Shown: positions 47,245 to 57,200, numbered from the stretch's first letter. The stretch is DNA of 64,000 nucleotides from Terriglobia bacterium (GCA_965216035.1 CBDCFM010000021.1:744231-808230); one strand, 5' to 3'. Notes: a model not told the origin generated them from the letters alone. Translations and numbers: made by a program.

Positions 47245-48249
47245 ATGAAGAAGACCATCCCCATCGGCGAAGGCGTCGCCGACCTGTTCGGTACCTACGA
47301 CAGCAATATCAAGTATCTGGAATCCATCCTCGGCGTCGAGGTCCGTATTGGAGAGCACAACTTGACGGTAGAAGGCAACGATGACGATGTTGCTTTAGTG
47401 GACCGGATAATTCAGGATTACGCCAGCCTTCGAGCCGAAGGCGTGAAGCTTTCCGACGAGGACTTGAAATCCGTCGTTCGGATAGTCTCGGAAGACAATT
47501 CCGTCAATTTGCGCCAGGTGGTCACCGAACCCCGCAATTTTCAGATCGGGAAGCGGAACGTTTCGCCGAAGACGCTCAATCAAAAGATCTATATGGATGC
47601 CATCGCCGCTTATGACATGGTCTTCGGAGTGGGCCCGGCCGGGACGGGTAAGACGTATCTGGCCGTCAGTATGGCTGTTCGGGAGCTTCTTGCCAAGCGC
47701 GTCAGCCGTATCGTCCTGACGCGACCGGCGGTTGAGGCCGGTGAGCGGCTGGGGTTCCTTCCGGGGACACTGGAAGAAAAGGTCGATCCATACGTGCGTC
47801 CTCTCTATGACGCCCTGTATGACATGCTGGATGCCGAACGGGTCCAAAGGTATCTGGACCGCGGTGTAATCGAAATTGCTCCAATTGCTTTCATGCGGGG
47901 GCGAACATTGAACGATGCATTCGTGATTCTGGATGAAGCGCAGAACACGACGCCCGAGCAGATGAAGATGTTCTTGACCCGGATCGGATATTCCTCGAAG
48001 GCTGTGATCAACGGGGACATAACGCAAGTTGACTTGCCGTTCGGGAAGACGTCCGGGTTGATCGAGGCGCGCCAAGTGTTGTCCGGTGTCCAGGGCATCG
48101 TTTTTGTTTCCTTCGACTCACGGGATGTTGTTCGCCATGGTTTGGTAGCCGATATCGTGTGTGCCTACGAAGAGTTCGGTGCTGGAAACGGTGCGGGGCA
48201 GGGTTCACTGGAGTTCGAATCGCCGGACGCCAAGGTCGAGGCGCGATGA
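47245..48249 (+). CDS. phoH: PhoH-like ATPase
   Basis: Walker A GPAGTGKTYLA. Start at MKKTIPIG. The ORF-track entry starts at 47080. Confidence 0.9.
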   Translation: MKKTIPIGEGVADLFGTYDSNIKYLESILGVEVRIGEHNLTVEGNDDDVALVDRIIQDYASLRAEGVKLSDEDLKSVVRIVSEDNSVNLRQVVTEPRNFQIGKRNVSPKTLNQKIYMDAIAAYDMVFGVGPAGTGKTYLAVSMAVRELLAKRVSRIVLTRPAVEAGERLGFLPGTLEEKVDPYVRPLYDALYDMLDAERVQRYLDRGVIEIAPIAFMRGRTLNDAFVILDEAQNTTPEQMKMFLTRIGYSSKAVINGDITQVDLPFGKTSGLIEARQVLSGVQGIVFVSFDSRDVVRHGLVADIVCAYEEFGAGNGAGQGSLEFESPDAKVEAR

Positions 48250-48710
48250 TGGCGTCGGGAACAGACACCCGCGTGTCATCCGAGTCGTCTGAATCTGGAC
48301 AGTCCGAGTCCTTTCTCTTGATTAACCGGCAACGCAAGCATTCGGTTAATCGACCCCAAATACTGGATTTCCTGTCGCGGTTTGTCGAAGAGGTCCCTCC
48401 CGGCTCGCCCTTTTCTGTCGTGCTTGTCAGTGACCGGACAATGCATCGCTACAACCGGGAATACAGAGGACAGAACAAGGCAACCGACGTTCTTTCGTTT
48501 CCGGGAGACGAATCGTACTTGGGCGACATTCTGATCTCAGTTGAGACCGCTTACGAACAGGCCGTGCGGTCGAAAGTGTTGACCTTGGAAAGCAACATCA
48601 GGCGACTCGCTCTACATGGCCTGCTGCACCTGATGGGTTACGACCACGAAACTGACGATGGCCAGATGAGAGCCGCGGAAGTCCGCCTGCGTCGCAGATT
48701 CCGATGTTGA
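48246..48710 (+). CDS. ybeY: Endoribonuclease YbeY
   Basis: HGLLHLMGYDHETD motif (H3xH5xH). The ATG overlaps the phoH stop. Confidence 0.9.
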   Translation: MMASGTDTRVSSESSESGQSESFLLINRQRKHSVNRPQILDFLSRFVEEVPPGSPFSVVLVSDRTMHRYNREYRGQNKATDVLSFPGDESYLGDILISVETAYEQAVRSKVLTLESNIRRLALHGLLHLMGYDHETDDGQMRAAEVRLRRRFRC

Positions 48711-49972
48711 TCGAATTGGAACTATTCTTGGCCGCGATCCTGGTTCTGGGGCTTTTCGTGATGTCCGTTCTCGATTTTGCCCTCGCCGCCGTGAACAAGA
48801 TCGCGTTGCGGCGCATTACCGAATCTCACGAGGGGCGGCAGCGCCGGTTGACATCGGCACTCGCCGAGGGGCGGACTGAAGTATTGATGGTCGTCCACAT
48901 CGCGATTCAGACCTTGCTCGTATCGCTCGCCGTTCTTCTGACGGGCACCTTCCTCGGTTATCCGCTGCCGCTTTTTGCGGCTTTGCCGCTGGCGGCGACA
49001 ACGACTTTGATCATAGTCCTGGCTTTTAGGCAGCTGGTTCCCAGAGCCATAGCGCTTCGAAATCCAGACGATGTGCTCGAGCGTTTCATTCCAATACTTG
49101 CCGTCCCATATTTCATTCTTGGGCCGCTCGCTCGAATGATCACCGCGTTGCTGAATCGGTTTCAGCACTGGGACGGAAATGAACAGGAGGAGGAAGAAGA
49201 GGCATCCGAAGAGGAAATCCAGGCATTTATTGATGCCGGTCAGGAAGAAGGGATTCTCGAACAGGATGAGGGCGTGATGATTCAATCAATCGTCCAGTTT
49301 GGAGACAAAGTAGCTCTCGAAGTCATGACCCCGAGAACTCAAATCACCGCGGCCGACGTGACATGGGATTTTGACCGGTTCGTGAGTCAAATGCTGTCGA
49401 GCAAGCATTCACGGATGCCTGTGTATCGGGACGAACTGGACAACATCGAAGGATTTATCCACGAAAGGGATTTGTTGCGTCTGAACAGAAGGGGTGGACC
49501 GCCTGACAGCCTGCGCCCGTTCCTGCAACCCGTACACTTTGTTCCCGAGACCAAGCCTATCGACGATTTACTTGGTGAGATGAGGAGCCACAAGAAACAA
49601 CTGGTGCTCGTCGTCGATGAATACGGGGGCATCTCGGGGCTCATAACAATTGAAGACCTTCTTGAGGAAATCGTGGGTGAGATCAGCGACAGCCCAGACT
49701 CTGAGAGTGCCAAGCTTCTCGACGAAGGGCGGGGCAGCTACCTCGTGCCAGGCACTACGGAACTGGATGTGTTGGACACGCGCCTCGGCCTGACCGCCTT
49801 TCCGAACACGGAGTGCACGACGGTCAGCGGCGCCGTGGTGGAACTTTTCGGGCGCTTGCCCCTGCAGGGCGAACGCATCCGGCATGACGCGCTCGCGATC
49901 GAAGTGGTAGACGCGGATCGAAGGAAGCTTCGGAGTTTACGGATACGGACATTCACGTCGAAATCGAGCTGA
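48704..49972 (+). CDS. corC: CorC/HlyC-family transporter (DUF21 + CBS pair + CorC_HlyC)
   Basis: N-terminal 4-TM DUF21, a CBS pair, and a C-terminal transporter-associated domain. Sits in the phoH-ybeY-corC-era arrangement. Confidence 0.85.
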   Translation: MLIELELFLAAILVLGLFVMSVLDFALAAVNKIALRRITESHEGRQRRLTSALAEGRTEVLMVVHIAIQTLLVSLAVLLTGTFLGYPLPLFAALPLAATTTLIIVLAFRQLVPRAIALRNPDDVLERFIPILAVPYFILGPLARMITALLNRFQHWDGNEQEEEEEASEEEIQAFIDAGQEEGILEQDEGVMIQSIVQFGDKVALEVMTPRTQITAADVTWDFDRFVSQMLSSKHSRMPVYRDELDNIEGFIHERDLLRLNRRGGPPDSLRPFLQPVHFVPETKPIDDLLGEMRSHKKQLVLVVDEYGGISGLITIEDLLEEIVGEISDSPDSESAKLLDEGRGSYLVPGTTELDVLDTRLGLTAFPNTECTTVSGAVVELFGRLPLQGERIRHDALAIEVVDADRRKLRSLRIRTFTSKSS

Positions 49973-49973
49973 C

Positions 49974-50861
49974 ATGCCGGAAGAATCTTTGAAATCAGGC
50001 TTCGTTTCGATCGTTGGCCGCCCGAACTCCGGAAAATCCACGCTGCTCAATCGCCTCGTCGGCCAGAAAATATCGATTGTAACTCACCGGCCGCAGACCA
50101 CACGCAACATCGTTCGCGGAATCGTGACCGATTCGGAAGGCCAGATCATATTTCTCGACACCCCAGGAATTCATAAGCCGCTACACCGCATGAACGAGCG
50201 CATGATGCGGGTCATGCTCGATTCGCTCGACGATATTGACATTGTCATGTTGATCGTGGATGCGTCGGCGAGTCACGGTCGCGGCGACGAGTTCGCACTT
50301 GACCTCATTCGCAAGGTCCAAACCCGGCGATATCTCTTGCTGAATAAGATCGACAAGATTCAAAAGCCCCAGTTGCTGCCTCAGATCACCCGCTACAGTG
50401 ACGCAGTCGACTTCGACCACATCTTTCCCGTTTCGGCTAAAACCGGCGATGGCGTGGGTACGTTAAAAAGCGAAATCTATAAGTGCCTTCCGGAAGGTCC
50501 AATGTACTATCCGCAGGAGCAACCTACCGACCAGCCGGAAAGGCTCCTGGCATCCGAAGTCATCCGGGAAAAGTTGATTCTAAGGACCCGGGAGGAGTTG
50601 CCCCATGCCACTGCAATCGCTATTGATCGTTTTGAGGAGGGCAAAGACAGGATTCAGATTTTTGCATCGATCTATGTCGAGCGCGAGTCGCAGAAAAAAA
50701 TTGTAATAGGCCGGGGTGCGCAGGTTATCAAGGAGGTTGGCACTTCAGCTCGACGTGAACTGGAATCCCTGCTCAACAACAGAGTGCATATTGATTTGCA
50801 CGTGAAAGTCAGAAAGAAGTGGCGGGACGATGAGCAGATCCTCAAGTCGTTAGGTATTTAG
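49974..50861 (+). CDS. era: GTPase Era
   Basis: G1 motif GRPNSGKST, G3 DTPG, G4 NKID, and a C-terminal KH domain. Confidence 0.95.
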   Translation: MPEESLKSGFVSIVGRPNSGKSTLLNRLVGQKISIVTHRPQTTRNIVRGIVTDSEGQIIFLDTPGIHKPLHRMNERMMRVMLDSLDDIDIVMLIVDASASHGRGDEFALDLIRKVQTRRYLLLNKIDKIQKPQLLPQITRYSDAVDFDHIFPVSAKTGDGVGTLKSEIYKCLPEGPMYYPQEQPTDQPERLLASEVIREKLILRTREELPHATAIAIDRFEEGKDRIQIFASIYVERESQKKIVIGRGAQVIKEVGTSARRELESLLNNRVHIDLHVKVRKKWRDDEQILKSLGI

Positions 50862-50945
50862 AGTCCTGACTTAGATATACATTGCGTGACAGTTTCGTCA
50901 TGTTTGAAACCGATCACCTCCTCAGCCAGGCATTCTCTTCCAAAT

Positions 50946-51362
50946 TTACCACTCACTGTAGAGCGTACCCTCCGTTGAAATCGAAGGGGCGCCGCTGTTG
51001 ACGTCCACTATTCCGGTTTCGAGTTGATCCGGGACCATCGCCGTTGCCCCGAACTCCACTTGCCATGTCGTGCGGGATCTGGTAATGGGATCTTCCGGAA
51101 CTTCACGCAGGTAGCCTGCCGCGATGAGGTCATCAAGGGATTGAGGCGCTGTCCGCTTGTCGGCGGTGTACTGATCGATGACAGTGCGGAGAGAGTGGAG
51201 GTTCTCATGCAGAACGGCCTCTCTTGCCCGGAGGATCGTCGCTTGATACATCGGAACGGCAATCGAAGCCAGGATCGCGATGATCGTCAGGACGATCATC
51301 AGTTCCAGCAACGAGAATCCAGGGGTTCGGTTCAACCTACCACTCCGAGTACGGGCTGCCAT
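50946..51362 (-). CDS. Type II secretion-type pseudopilin (GspG-like) with a prepilin N-methylation site
   Basis: …GFSLLELMIVLTIIAILASIAVPMY… with the C-terminus ending YSEW. Start taken at MAARTR. The ORF-track entry runs to 51437. Confidence 0.7.
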   Translation of the reverse strand: MAARTRSGRLNRTPGFSLLELMIVLTIIAILASIAVPMYQATILRAREAVLHENLHSLRTVIDQYTADKRTAPQSLDDLIAAGYLREVPEDPITRSRTTWQVEFGATAMVPDQLETGIVDVNSGAPSISTEGTLYSEW

Positions 51363-51819
51363 CCAGCGCCAGCGCACCCGATCGCGTATAGACGTCAAAA
51401 ACGTTTTCGCCTCCCCATGAATTGGATTCCGGATCATCCTGATAGGAGCGCAAACCCCATTCAGTAGAGCCTGTCATGGGGTCGAGGATAATTCGTCTGA
51501 GAAATTTCAGCCTCCTGTCTACGGCACCGATCTGATCGACGCCCTCGACAAGAATTTCCAGGTCCTCAGGGTATCCCTCAGTACCTAGAGTGACTTCGAT
51601 CAATCCCAGATCGGATGCTTCCTTGAACCGATCGATAGCGACACGCATTTCTCGAAGGGCCCGTCGCAACCCGACTTCCTGCTGGCGCCGGATGGAGTTT
51701 CGGGCGAGTGGAACAGCCAAACCCGCGAGTATCGCGACGATTGTCACCGTCACGATCAACTCGATCAGGGAAAACCCTAGCAGCCCGTGGCAGAAGCCCC
51801 GAGGGCCGCGCGCAGGGGT
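51337..51819 (-). CDS. Second GspG-like pseudopilin; the 5' end is uncertain because it runs into the repeat element
   Basis: GFSLIELIVTVTIVAILAGLAVPL…ending PYSEW. There is no canonical in-frame start near the G-F-S-L-I-E cleavage site. The ORF-track entry continues through the repeat to 52182. Confidence 0.55.
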   Translation of the reverse strand, partial: TPARGPRGFCHGLLGFSLIELIVTVTIVAILAGLAVPLARNSIRRQQEVGLRRALREMRVAIDRFKEASDLGLIEVTLGTEGYPEDLEILVEGVDQIGAVDRRLKFLRRIILDPMTGSTEWGLRSYQDDPESNSWGGENVFDVYTRSGALALDGSPYSEW

Positions 51820-52170
51820 CTTCGGGTTGGCTGCGCGAAGTGAGGAGTGGGCACCGAGGTTTGAAACCGAGGCCGCGGGCGCCGTTTTTTCATCGTGACC
51901 GGCCTTACCAATGCCGGACAAAGCCTGCGGGGCGCCTGCGGCCTCCGTTTGGTACGTCGGTGGCCCCCCTGCGCCCGAAGGGTTACGGCGAAACGGGGCC
52001 GTCTTCGTTGTCGCCGACTCCTCCCAATGAATGCGCATTGTATCTTCTTCGCGGCTTCGGGCCGGCGCCTCTTCGCGACTTCGGGTCGGCGCTTCGTCGC
52101 CTCCTAGAATCCGGCCCCGTTTGGCCGTAACGCGGCCCTCGGGACTTCTGCCACGGGCTGCTCGTTGGGA
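51775..52170. repeat. MITE-like element of about 390 bp, bounded by ~30-nt terminal inverted repeats (cagcccgtggcagaag[c/t]cccgagggccgcg) and containing internal short tandem repeats
   Basis: TIRs sit at 51781-51811 (+) and 52138-52168 (-). Internal 'cccgaag(t/c)cgcgaaga' tandem motifs are present. The interior is homologous to 44993-45130. Confidence 0.6.
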
Positions 52171-52178
52171 TCGCTTTC

Positions 52179-54413
52179 TCACGGTGTGATGACTTGGATC
52201 TCTGTCGATGGAGCGGACCGTGGGGGTGCTCCCGTGGAACGGATTTCAACGTCGCGCACACGCAGCGTCGAGGTGCCGCCCGCAATGGCTTCCAGGGTCA
52301 GCTCGAGAATTTCGCCTTGTCCTCCGACCGCGGCAGCCAGGTTCGGCCGTTCCGCGGTAATCCGTGCACGGCCCTGTTCACTATCAATATTCTGAACCAG
52401 CGCGACGCTGACTCCACCCTGGCTTAGAAAACCGCCATCGCTTATCTGCCGGAGTGCAACCCGAGTGGGATCGAACTCAATGGTGAAGTCCGCACCCGCC
52501 ATATCCGGTGTGTCAATCAAGATTCCGAGTTGGGTAGGTGCTCCGGATTCCAGCATCACTACCCCCACATCGAAGCTTAGACGGTCTTCTCCGAGTTCCA
52601 GGTCTGCGCTCGGTTCGAAGTCTTCTATGGGATCGGCGGTTTCGATTTCTTCTCGAGCGGCACCGGGTATTCCGATAAAACGTGTGTTGGTTTCCGTCCC
52701 GATGAGAAGCCCTCGAAGGTTTCTATCACTGAGGTTGGGCATCTTCACAATATGCGGTGTCAGCAGGACGATGATTTCCGTCTGGTCTCGTTGTGTGGTT
52801 TCCGTGGAGAACAACTGTCCGAGAATGGGTATCTGGCGCAGTCCCGGAATGCCGGAACCTGAGACACTTTCAATGTCGGTGATCAAGCCACCCAGAATGT
52901 TGGTCTCCCCCTCGCTCAAGCGGATTTCGTGGGTGATTTCCCGATTCGTGAACACCGGCAGAGACACGCCACTGATGATGTTGTTGCCCGCGGTCGCCTG
53001 TACCTGGACGACGACCTGCATTGAGATTTCCCGATTGAGCAGAACGCGCGGGGTGATGTCCATGTTCACGCCCACATCGATGTATTGAAACTGAACGACC
53101 GGTGTTCCCGTGGCGCCGGCAAAAGCCGGCTGAAAGCTGCCTGAGGCGACGGGCACACGCGAGCCGATGCGTATCGTCGCCAACTGACCGTCTGTAGCCC
53201 GCACGGTCGGATTTTGAACCAACCGTGTTCGGGCATCACTCTCTAGAAATCTGGCTACTCCGTCGGGAATGACGATGTTGAAACTGCCCGAATTCAGGTT
53301 GTTGAGATCGCGCAGGTTGACGTCGGTTCTGGACCCTGCCCCATCATCCCCTCCCGACGACGTCCCGTCCAATCCGATGCTGGTTCCCTGGGGCGGGAGT
53401 ATGCCGAGTTCTCGAAGCGTGTTCCGGTCCACTTCGAGAACCGTCGCTTCTACAAGAACCTCAGGTTTGCTCTTATCAATGTCATCGATGATCTTTTCGG
53501 CGATCGCAACCCTGCCAGGCGTGTCCCGGATGATGATGGCGTTCATTGACGTGCTCTGGGCTATGAAGCGCACGTTCAACAGCGTCCGAATCGCTGTGAT
53601 AGCTTCCGTGATGTCGGTTGGATTGACGCTGTTCGTCAGATAAATTGTCTTGAGGATGTGGGCTTCATAGTCCCGGCGCTTTTGCTGGTTGTCCGGAGAG
53701 ACGATGATTGTGTTCTGGTTGATCGGTGTCCAGAATGTCCGGGTCTGGAGTCCCAGTATATCGAGAGCCGCATAAACAGTGATGTCGTTCAACTCCACCG
53801 ATATCGGGGTGGACCGGAAGTCCGGGTCGAAGATAACGTTGAGGCCGGCAAGCTCGGCTATCGTCTCGTAAACAGCCTGAGCCTCCTGGCTGATCCGAAT
53901 CGAAATAGTGGATATTTCCGGCGAGAGCTGGAGGTCGAGGCTCGGGTCAGTCCTGGCGAGCTCTTTGCGGACCTCGAATTCCTCGGCAGCGCTGGGGACC
54001 TCAGGATCTCCCGGCTGCATCAGAATCTCCGTCCTGTTCAGTTCAACGCGGGCCAGATCATGAGTGGGGTCGAGTTCGATGGCGCGAATGAACTCGGCCC
54101 GCGCGGCCTCCAATTCGCCCGCCTCCAGTGCTCTCCGGCCGTTTTCAAAGTGCTGATACGCGGCGGCAAAGCGAGTCTGTTCGACCTTGAGCCTGTATTC
54201 GATCTCCCCGGGGTCTTCACTGAGCGCTTGTTCATAATGGGTAAGTGCTTCATCGTAGTTTCGAGCGACCTGCGCCTCGATACCCCTCTGGTAGGCCGCT
54301 CGGCCAGCGGCGCAACCGGCGGTGACCAGCAGGACCAGAATCAGAGAGCTCGCCAGGCCTGTGGAGGGTCGAGGAGGTGTGAGTTTTATGATTTTCGTGA
54401 AAAGTCTGTTCAT
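52179..54413 (-). CDS. Secretin (GspD/PilQ family) lipoprotein with N-terminal TPR repeats and an extra ~150-aa C-terminal beta domain
   Basis: Lipobox LVLLVTAGCA and TPR-like N-terminus. Secretin core …IIVLLTPHIVKMPNL. A C-terminal extension (…DFTIEFDPTRVALRQISDGGFL…) follows the secretin domain. Confidence 0.8.
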   Translation of the reverse strand: MNRLFTKIIKLTPPRPSTGLASSLILVLLVTAGCAAGRAAYQRGIEAQVARNYDEALTHYEQALSEDPGEIEYRLKVEQTRFAAAYQHFENGRRALEAGELEAARAEFIRAIELDPTHDLARVELNRTEILMQPGDPEVPSAAEEFEVRKELARTDPSLDLQLSPEISTISIRISQEAQAVYETIAELAGLNVIFDPDFRSTPISVELNDITVYAALDILGLQTRTFWTPINQNTIIVSPDNQQKRRDYEAHILKTIYLTNSVNPTDITEAITAIRTLLNVRFIAQSTSMNAIIIRDTPGRVAIAEKIIDDIDKSKPEVLVEATVLEVDRNTLRELGILPPQGTSIGLDGTSSGGDDGAGSRTDVNLRDLNNLNSGSFNIVIPDGVARFLESDARTRLVQNPTVRATDGQLATIRIGSRVPVASGSFQPAFAGATGTPVVQFQYIDVGVNMDITPRVLLNREISMQVVVQVQATAGNNIISGVSLPVFTNREITHEIRLSEGETNILGGLITDIESVSGSGIPGLRQIPILGQLFSTETTQRDQTEIIVLLTPHIVKMPNLSDRNLRGLLIGTETNTRFIGIPGAAREEIETADPIEDFEPSADLELGEDRLSFDVGVVMLESGAPTQLGILIDTPDMAGADFTIEFDPTRVALRQISDGGFLSQGGVSVALVQNIDSEQGRARITAERPNLAAAVGGQGEILELTLEAIAGGTSTLRVRDVEIRSTGAPPRSAPSTEIQVITP

Positions 54414-54513
54414 GGTGGCGTTCGCTAATTCAGTAAGATAGGGATTCAACCCGACCCGGTCGAAGGGAGGAATCTTCCTCCGGTATCAAGTTTCGGTCGG
54501 CGGGTTTGGCACG

Positions 54514-55863
54514 ATGATTGAACAACGACAGAAGATACTGGCCTTCAACCTCCTGTTGATGGACCTGGGTCTGACGGCAGCCAGTTTCTTCCTCGCCTAT
54601 GCACTCAGCGCCTCTTTCGCGATAGAAGGTTTCACCGTCATGCCCATCGAGGTATACATCTGGCTGCTGGCGTTGATGCTGCCCATATGGGCTATCTTGC
54701 TTCCAGCCTTTCTGGTGTATTCGCCGAGGTTTCTCCAGCTCAAGGATCAGCTGGTTCAGCTCTCCAAAGCGACCGGTTTGGCCTGGGTTGTCATAGCGGC
54801 CGTTCTTTTCCTCCTCAATCATGACGTTACGGGCCGACTGATCGCATTGCTCGCCTTGATTCTCAATTACGGGGTGTTGGTTTCCTATCGGTTCGCCCTG
54901 TTTGCCGTTCGCGGCTGGAATTGGTCGTCGATCCGCCACGTTGCCATTATCGGAGAAGGACAGGCTGCGACGGCATTTGCGCGATCGATTGAGAACAACG
55001 CGACGTGGGGCCTCAAACCCATCGGCGTGTTTCCTGAAGAGAGGGCCCGGGAAATCCTCGAAGATGGAGGTATCGACGAAATGATCTTCGTAGTTGACCG
55101 CCAACGCCTGGACCCCCTCGAAGAACTCTTTCTGTTGTGTGAGGAACTCGGAATTACAGCCCGGATCGTGCTGAACCTGTTTCCGCATTCGATCGCGCAC
55201 ATGGATTTTCATAAGCTAGACGGTTTCTCACTGCTCACGTTCAGTCCCACGCCCTCGGATGAGTCGCTGCTTTTCGTTCGCCGACTGATGGACGTCGTGC
55301 TGTCGGTTGTTATCGGAGTTCTCACTCTGCCACTGATGGTCGCAACGGTATTGATCATCAAGCTGACCAGCCCTGGCCGAGTGCTGTTCAGCCAGCGACG
55401 GGCAGGACTTCATGGCCGTCCTTTCATCATGTACAAATTCCGCTCCATGATCGACGATGCGGAACAGCGCCGCGTCGAACTGGAATCCATCAACGAAATG
55501 GACGGGCCGGTCTTCAAGTCGTCCCTCGACCCCCGAATTACTTCGATCGGGAAATCTCTGCGGCGATTCAGCATTGATGAGTTGCCCCAGCTGTACAACG
55601 TACTCAAAGGTGACATGAGCCTGGTCGGGCCCCGCCCCCCATTGCCTCAGGAAGTCGAGCGCTACAAGAGATGGCAGCGACGGCGACTTAGCATGAAGCC
55701 GGGCATGACCTGTCTCTGGCAGATCAGCGGCCGAAATCAAGTCGGCTTCGACGAGTGGATGAGACTTGACCTCGAATACATAGACAACTGGTCTTTGCTT
55801 TTGGATTTAAAGATTCTGATCAAAACCATTCCGGTCGTTCTGTTGGGAAAAGGTGCGCTGTAG
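54514..55863 (+). CDS. Undecaprenyl-phosphate sugar phosphotransferase, large WbaP/WcaJ-type (EPS priming transferase)
   Basis: Five N-terminal TM helices, then the C-terminal catalytic domain with DELPQLYNVLKGDMSLVGPRP. Confidence 0.85.
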   Translation: MIEQRQKILAFNLLLMDLGLTAASFFLAYALSASFAIEGFTVMPIEVYIWLLALMLPIWAILLPAFLVYSPRFLQLKDQLVQLSKATGLAWVVIAAVLFLLNHDVTGRLIALLALILNYGVLVSYRFALFAVRGWNWSSIRHVAIIGEGQAATAFARSIENNATWGLKPIGVFPEERAREILEDGGIDEMIFVVDRQRLDPLEELFLLCEELGITARIVLNLFPHSIAHMDFHKLDGFSLLTFSPTPSDESLLFVRRLMDVVLSVVIGVLTLPLMVATVLIIKLTSPGRVLFSQRRAGLHGRPFIMYKFRSMIDDAEQRRVELESINEMDGPVFKSSLDPRITSIGKSLRRFSIDELPQLYNVLKGDMSLVGPRPPLPQEVERYKRWQRRRLSMKPGMTCLWQISGRNQVGFDEWMRLDLEYIDNWSLLLDLKILIKTIPVVLLGKGAL

Positions 55864-55958
55864 TTAGCTGGCAGACGGCGGAACGACGCTGTAAGCTGGC
55901 CTGATTTATCGGGACTTGACCACGTAAATCAGGGCACGGGCATACCGCCTTATCGGAA

Positions 55959-56333
55959 GTGGCGAGTCGGGGGAATGGGGAACTCGTTGAGACGCTCTTG
56001 GCGGCGGGCGCCGATGTTAGTTCCAAGGACAACGACGGGCGGAGAGTGCTGATAGGCGCCGTTGGTCAAAACGCTGAAGTCATCAAGCTTTTGTTATCGG
56101 CTGGTGCTGACGTGAATGCCAAGTCAGATAGTGGTAACACCGCGTTGACGCTTGGTGACCAATTTGGCGTCATTCGCGGCTCTTGCTATCGTTCCACACC
56201 AGCGGCAGGGTCGCCAAACACCTCGTTATATCTCGCCGTCTCCGACGGTGAGCACTCCATCTCCCTAATATCGAAATTGGACGGTTGTAACGCCAGCGGT
56301 AGCCTGTCGAGGGCGATCCAAGGTTCGGTGTAG
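55959..56333 (+). pseudogene. Ankyrin-repeat gene fragment, lower GC than its surroundings
   Basis: GNGELVETLLAAGADVSSKDNDGRRVL…VIKLLLSAGADVNAKSDSGNTAL is about 2.5 ANK repeats. It starts mid-repeat and overlaps the 3' end of the convergent gene by about 150 bp. Confidence 0.3.
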
Positions 56334-57037
56334 TACGTCGGGTCGTCAATCGTAATCGTCATTTCCAAGCGATCGTCGTTCAGGCGGCGGTATCGTTCCA
56401 CCACGCGCAGATCACTGCTGTGTGGACGCCCCGCATTATCAAGCCAGGTTCTTTCATCGAGCCCGACCGTCTCAGCGACAAACGTGGTGTCGTCCTCCCA
56501 CCTGCCAACCGAGTACCCCCACCACCTTGGTTCCACTTCATCCGGCTCGGGCAGTTCTCGTCCGTCAGTCCAGATAACACGCCATTTCTTGTTAAATAGG
56601 TAGAGGATGGTGACCTGGTTCGCAGTCTGAAAGATCTGGCTTGCTCTGAAATTGTGAAGAACGATGCGCGGGAAGCCCTGTGGATCACAAAGAGGCACCG
56701 GATCATTGGAAAGCGCCGAGGGAACGCCGGTGACTCCCCATGCCGGCCTGTTGGCATCGAACGCTTCCTCCCCTAACGGCGTGTATGGCAGAGCATGCTC
56801 AGGTCTGCCGTCTGATGGCATGTTTCTCGCACCATTTGCCGCAACGGCGTTGACGGCCGGCTCCCAAGTCCCAGACAGGTCACGCCGTGGGGCGGGCGCT
56901 GCATTCCGAACTGCATCCGGTTCGGTACGCGATGCAATTGAATTCCAGATGGGTTGAGCCGTTTGAGCCAACGCAAGCAGGGCAAAGGCGGGCACTGCTG
57001 CGAGGATGAAGATCCAGACTATTCTTCGATTTGGCAT
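56186..57037 (-). CDS. Hypothetical secreted protein
   Basis: Signal peptide MPNRRIVWIFILAAVPAFALLALA. 283 aa. Confidence 0.5.
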   Translation of the reverse strand: MPNRRIVWIFILAAVPAFALLALAQTAQPIWNSIASRTEPDAVRNAAPAPRRDLSGTWEPAVNAVAANGARNMPSDGRPEHALPYTPLGEEAFDANRPAWGVTGVPSALSNDPVPLCDPQGFPRIVLHNFRASQIFQTANQVTILYLFNKKWRVIWTDGRELPEPDEVEPRWWGYSVGRWEDDTTFVAETVGLDERTWLDNAGRPHSSDLRVVERYRRLNDDRLEMTITIDDPTYYTEPWIALDRLPLALQPSNFDIREMECSPSETARYNEVFGDPAAGVER

Positions 57038-57200
57038 ACGTGAAACTCCCTACCCAACATCTATATTGCGTCGCAACTCAGCAAGAGCCGCCCTCGCAAA
57101 CCGGACGACCGACCCGCAATCAAACCAGACTTGCTTCAAGCGCCGACGGTTCCATCCGATCTCGAAGGCGGGGCGGCGACGTTTCGGGCCCCCTGGGTGC

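Noticed and set aside
51890-52182. N-terminal 120 aa of ORF 51337..52182 (MRKRSQRAARGRSPEGR…MRIHWEESATTKT…), and likewise MLIDWEGSTTTKTKLFRRNPS at 45053
   Set aside because: These lie over the repeat-family element. The two copies differ mostly by non-synonymous changes, so the similarity is at the nucleotide level and not protein-coding.
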